From: Euprymna scolopes
Lineage: Eukaryota
Assembly: GCA_053919585.1 (NCBI GenBank)
Contig: CM132790.1
Direction: 5' to 3' (one strand)
Length of the DNA stretch: 64,000 bases
Program-made: the position numbers and the translations under genes
Shown here: piece by piece, positions 62,961 to 64,000 of the stretch
How the letters are laid out: each line of letters begins with the position of its first letter
Numbering within the stretch: position 1 is the first letter of the stretch
The notes under the pieces: generated by a model
Databases searched by the model: none
What the model was told of the DNA's origin: nothing
What the model saw: only the letters and a program-made list of their open reading frames with translations

Positions 62961-64000
62961 AATGCATTCTAGTGGATTTTATTTCTTAAGTTATTTTTAA
63001 AAATGTTTTAATATTTTCATGGTTACATTTTTTTTATTTCAATAAATAATGAATAGTAAATAAAAAAAAATGTGTAAATCACGTGGAGATGAGAAACACA
63101 CACACAAGAAATGATTATACAATTTTATTCATATAGAGATGTCTTAGCCAGGATAAGTTGATGGCATATAAATAGCTTTTTAAATAGTTTACTGTTAAAT
63201 AGAACAGATTTTGGAAATAAACCATTTAATAAGTTGCTATTTGACTCAGAGCTGGGAGTCAGTCATACATTCCCCAATGGTAATAAAAGACCTTTGTCAT
63301 TATCATGACTACCAAAAACATAATGTATGGATAATTATAAAATAAGGTTAACAATGAAATCATTTTTTTTTTTCAATTAGATGACATAATTACTAGAATG
63401 GAGTTAACTGAACAAGAACATGAAAGCGATTAGCAGATGTTATTTCATTCAATTGGGAAATCCTTTTCTTCACATCACCATCCTAATGAAAAGCACTCAA
63501 TTGAATGGTCAAGTTTCCATTGTTTTCTTTTTAATTTGAAGCAAACAATTAAAAATCCGTTCTATGTGTTGCTTGCCAATGGAAAAACAAAGTTTACACA
63601 CACTGATGTTATTCTTGTAGGTGAGAATGGCTCTTTAACCGAAGCAGGAAGCACCAATCACTGCAACAGTACGAACCTTAATCACAGGAAAAGATGGCAA
63701 CCAGTTGTGTAAGACTTTGAAGATTTACCAGATTTATTTGAAAGTTGTCAAAACTATATTTTAATTTTGAGTAAAAATATTGGAACCCCTTGCTATTCTT
63801 CTTACATCATGGGAACTTTTTTCAAGTGTGTTCTTTTCTCGGCTAATATATTGTCATCTAGAGCAAGTTTTGCATTCAAGGTTGTTTGCATTAGATTATC
63901 AAGATGCTGGTGACCTTTATTCAGATGTCTATTTCCCCATCCTCCTTGTTGACCTTTCCTTTCATATCCTGAAATTTTGGTTCAGTCTTTTCCTTTTGGG

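Noticed and set aside
63400-64000. 91-aa ORF and adjacent higher-complexity sequence
   Set aside because: No recognisable domain or consistent splice structure.

Overview
This is AT-rich, repeat-dense animal (eukaryotic) genomic DNA with no prokaryotic gene organisation, no CRISPR array and no intact long protein-coding gene. The SINE/LINE/Penelope mix looks mollusc- or cephalopod-like to me, but that is a low-confidence inference. Most of the window is transposable elements: six CR1-group LINE fragments (one nested inside another), RTE remnants, three hAT elements sharing a TAGTG.TGGGACGATT terminal repeat (two with perfect 8-bp TSDs, one with a BED-finger remnant), a decayed Buster/Charlie hAT transposase, a mariner deletion derivative, Helitron/HINE elements, a solo LTR and a decayed Penelope RT-GIY-YIG element. 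An ~8.2-kb layered polypurine satellite (with a 160-N gap) explains all the giant ORFs in the track, which are artefacts. Two phase-1 symmetric candidate host exons (7387-7431, 8708-8842) suggest the window lies mostly in introns of a + strand gene. The most interesting system is a family of tRNA-headed (Pol III A/B box) short elements. They lack poly(A) tails, end in a Penelope-type minimal hammerhead-ribozyme motif, and often carry an inverted copy of their own 3' end, so they appear to be Penelope-mobilised SINE/retrozyme hybrids; at least five copies are present.
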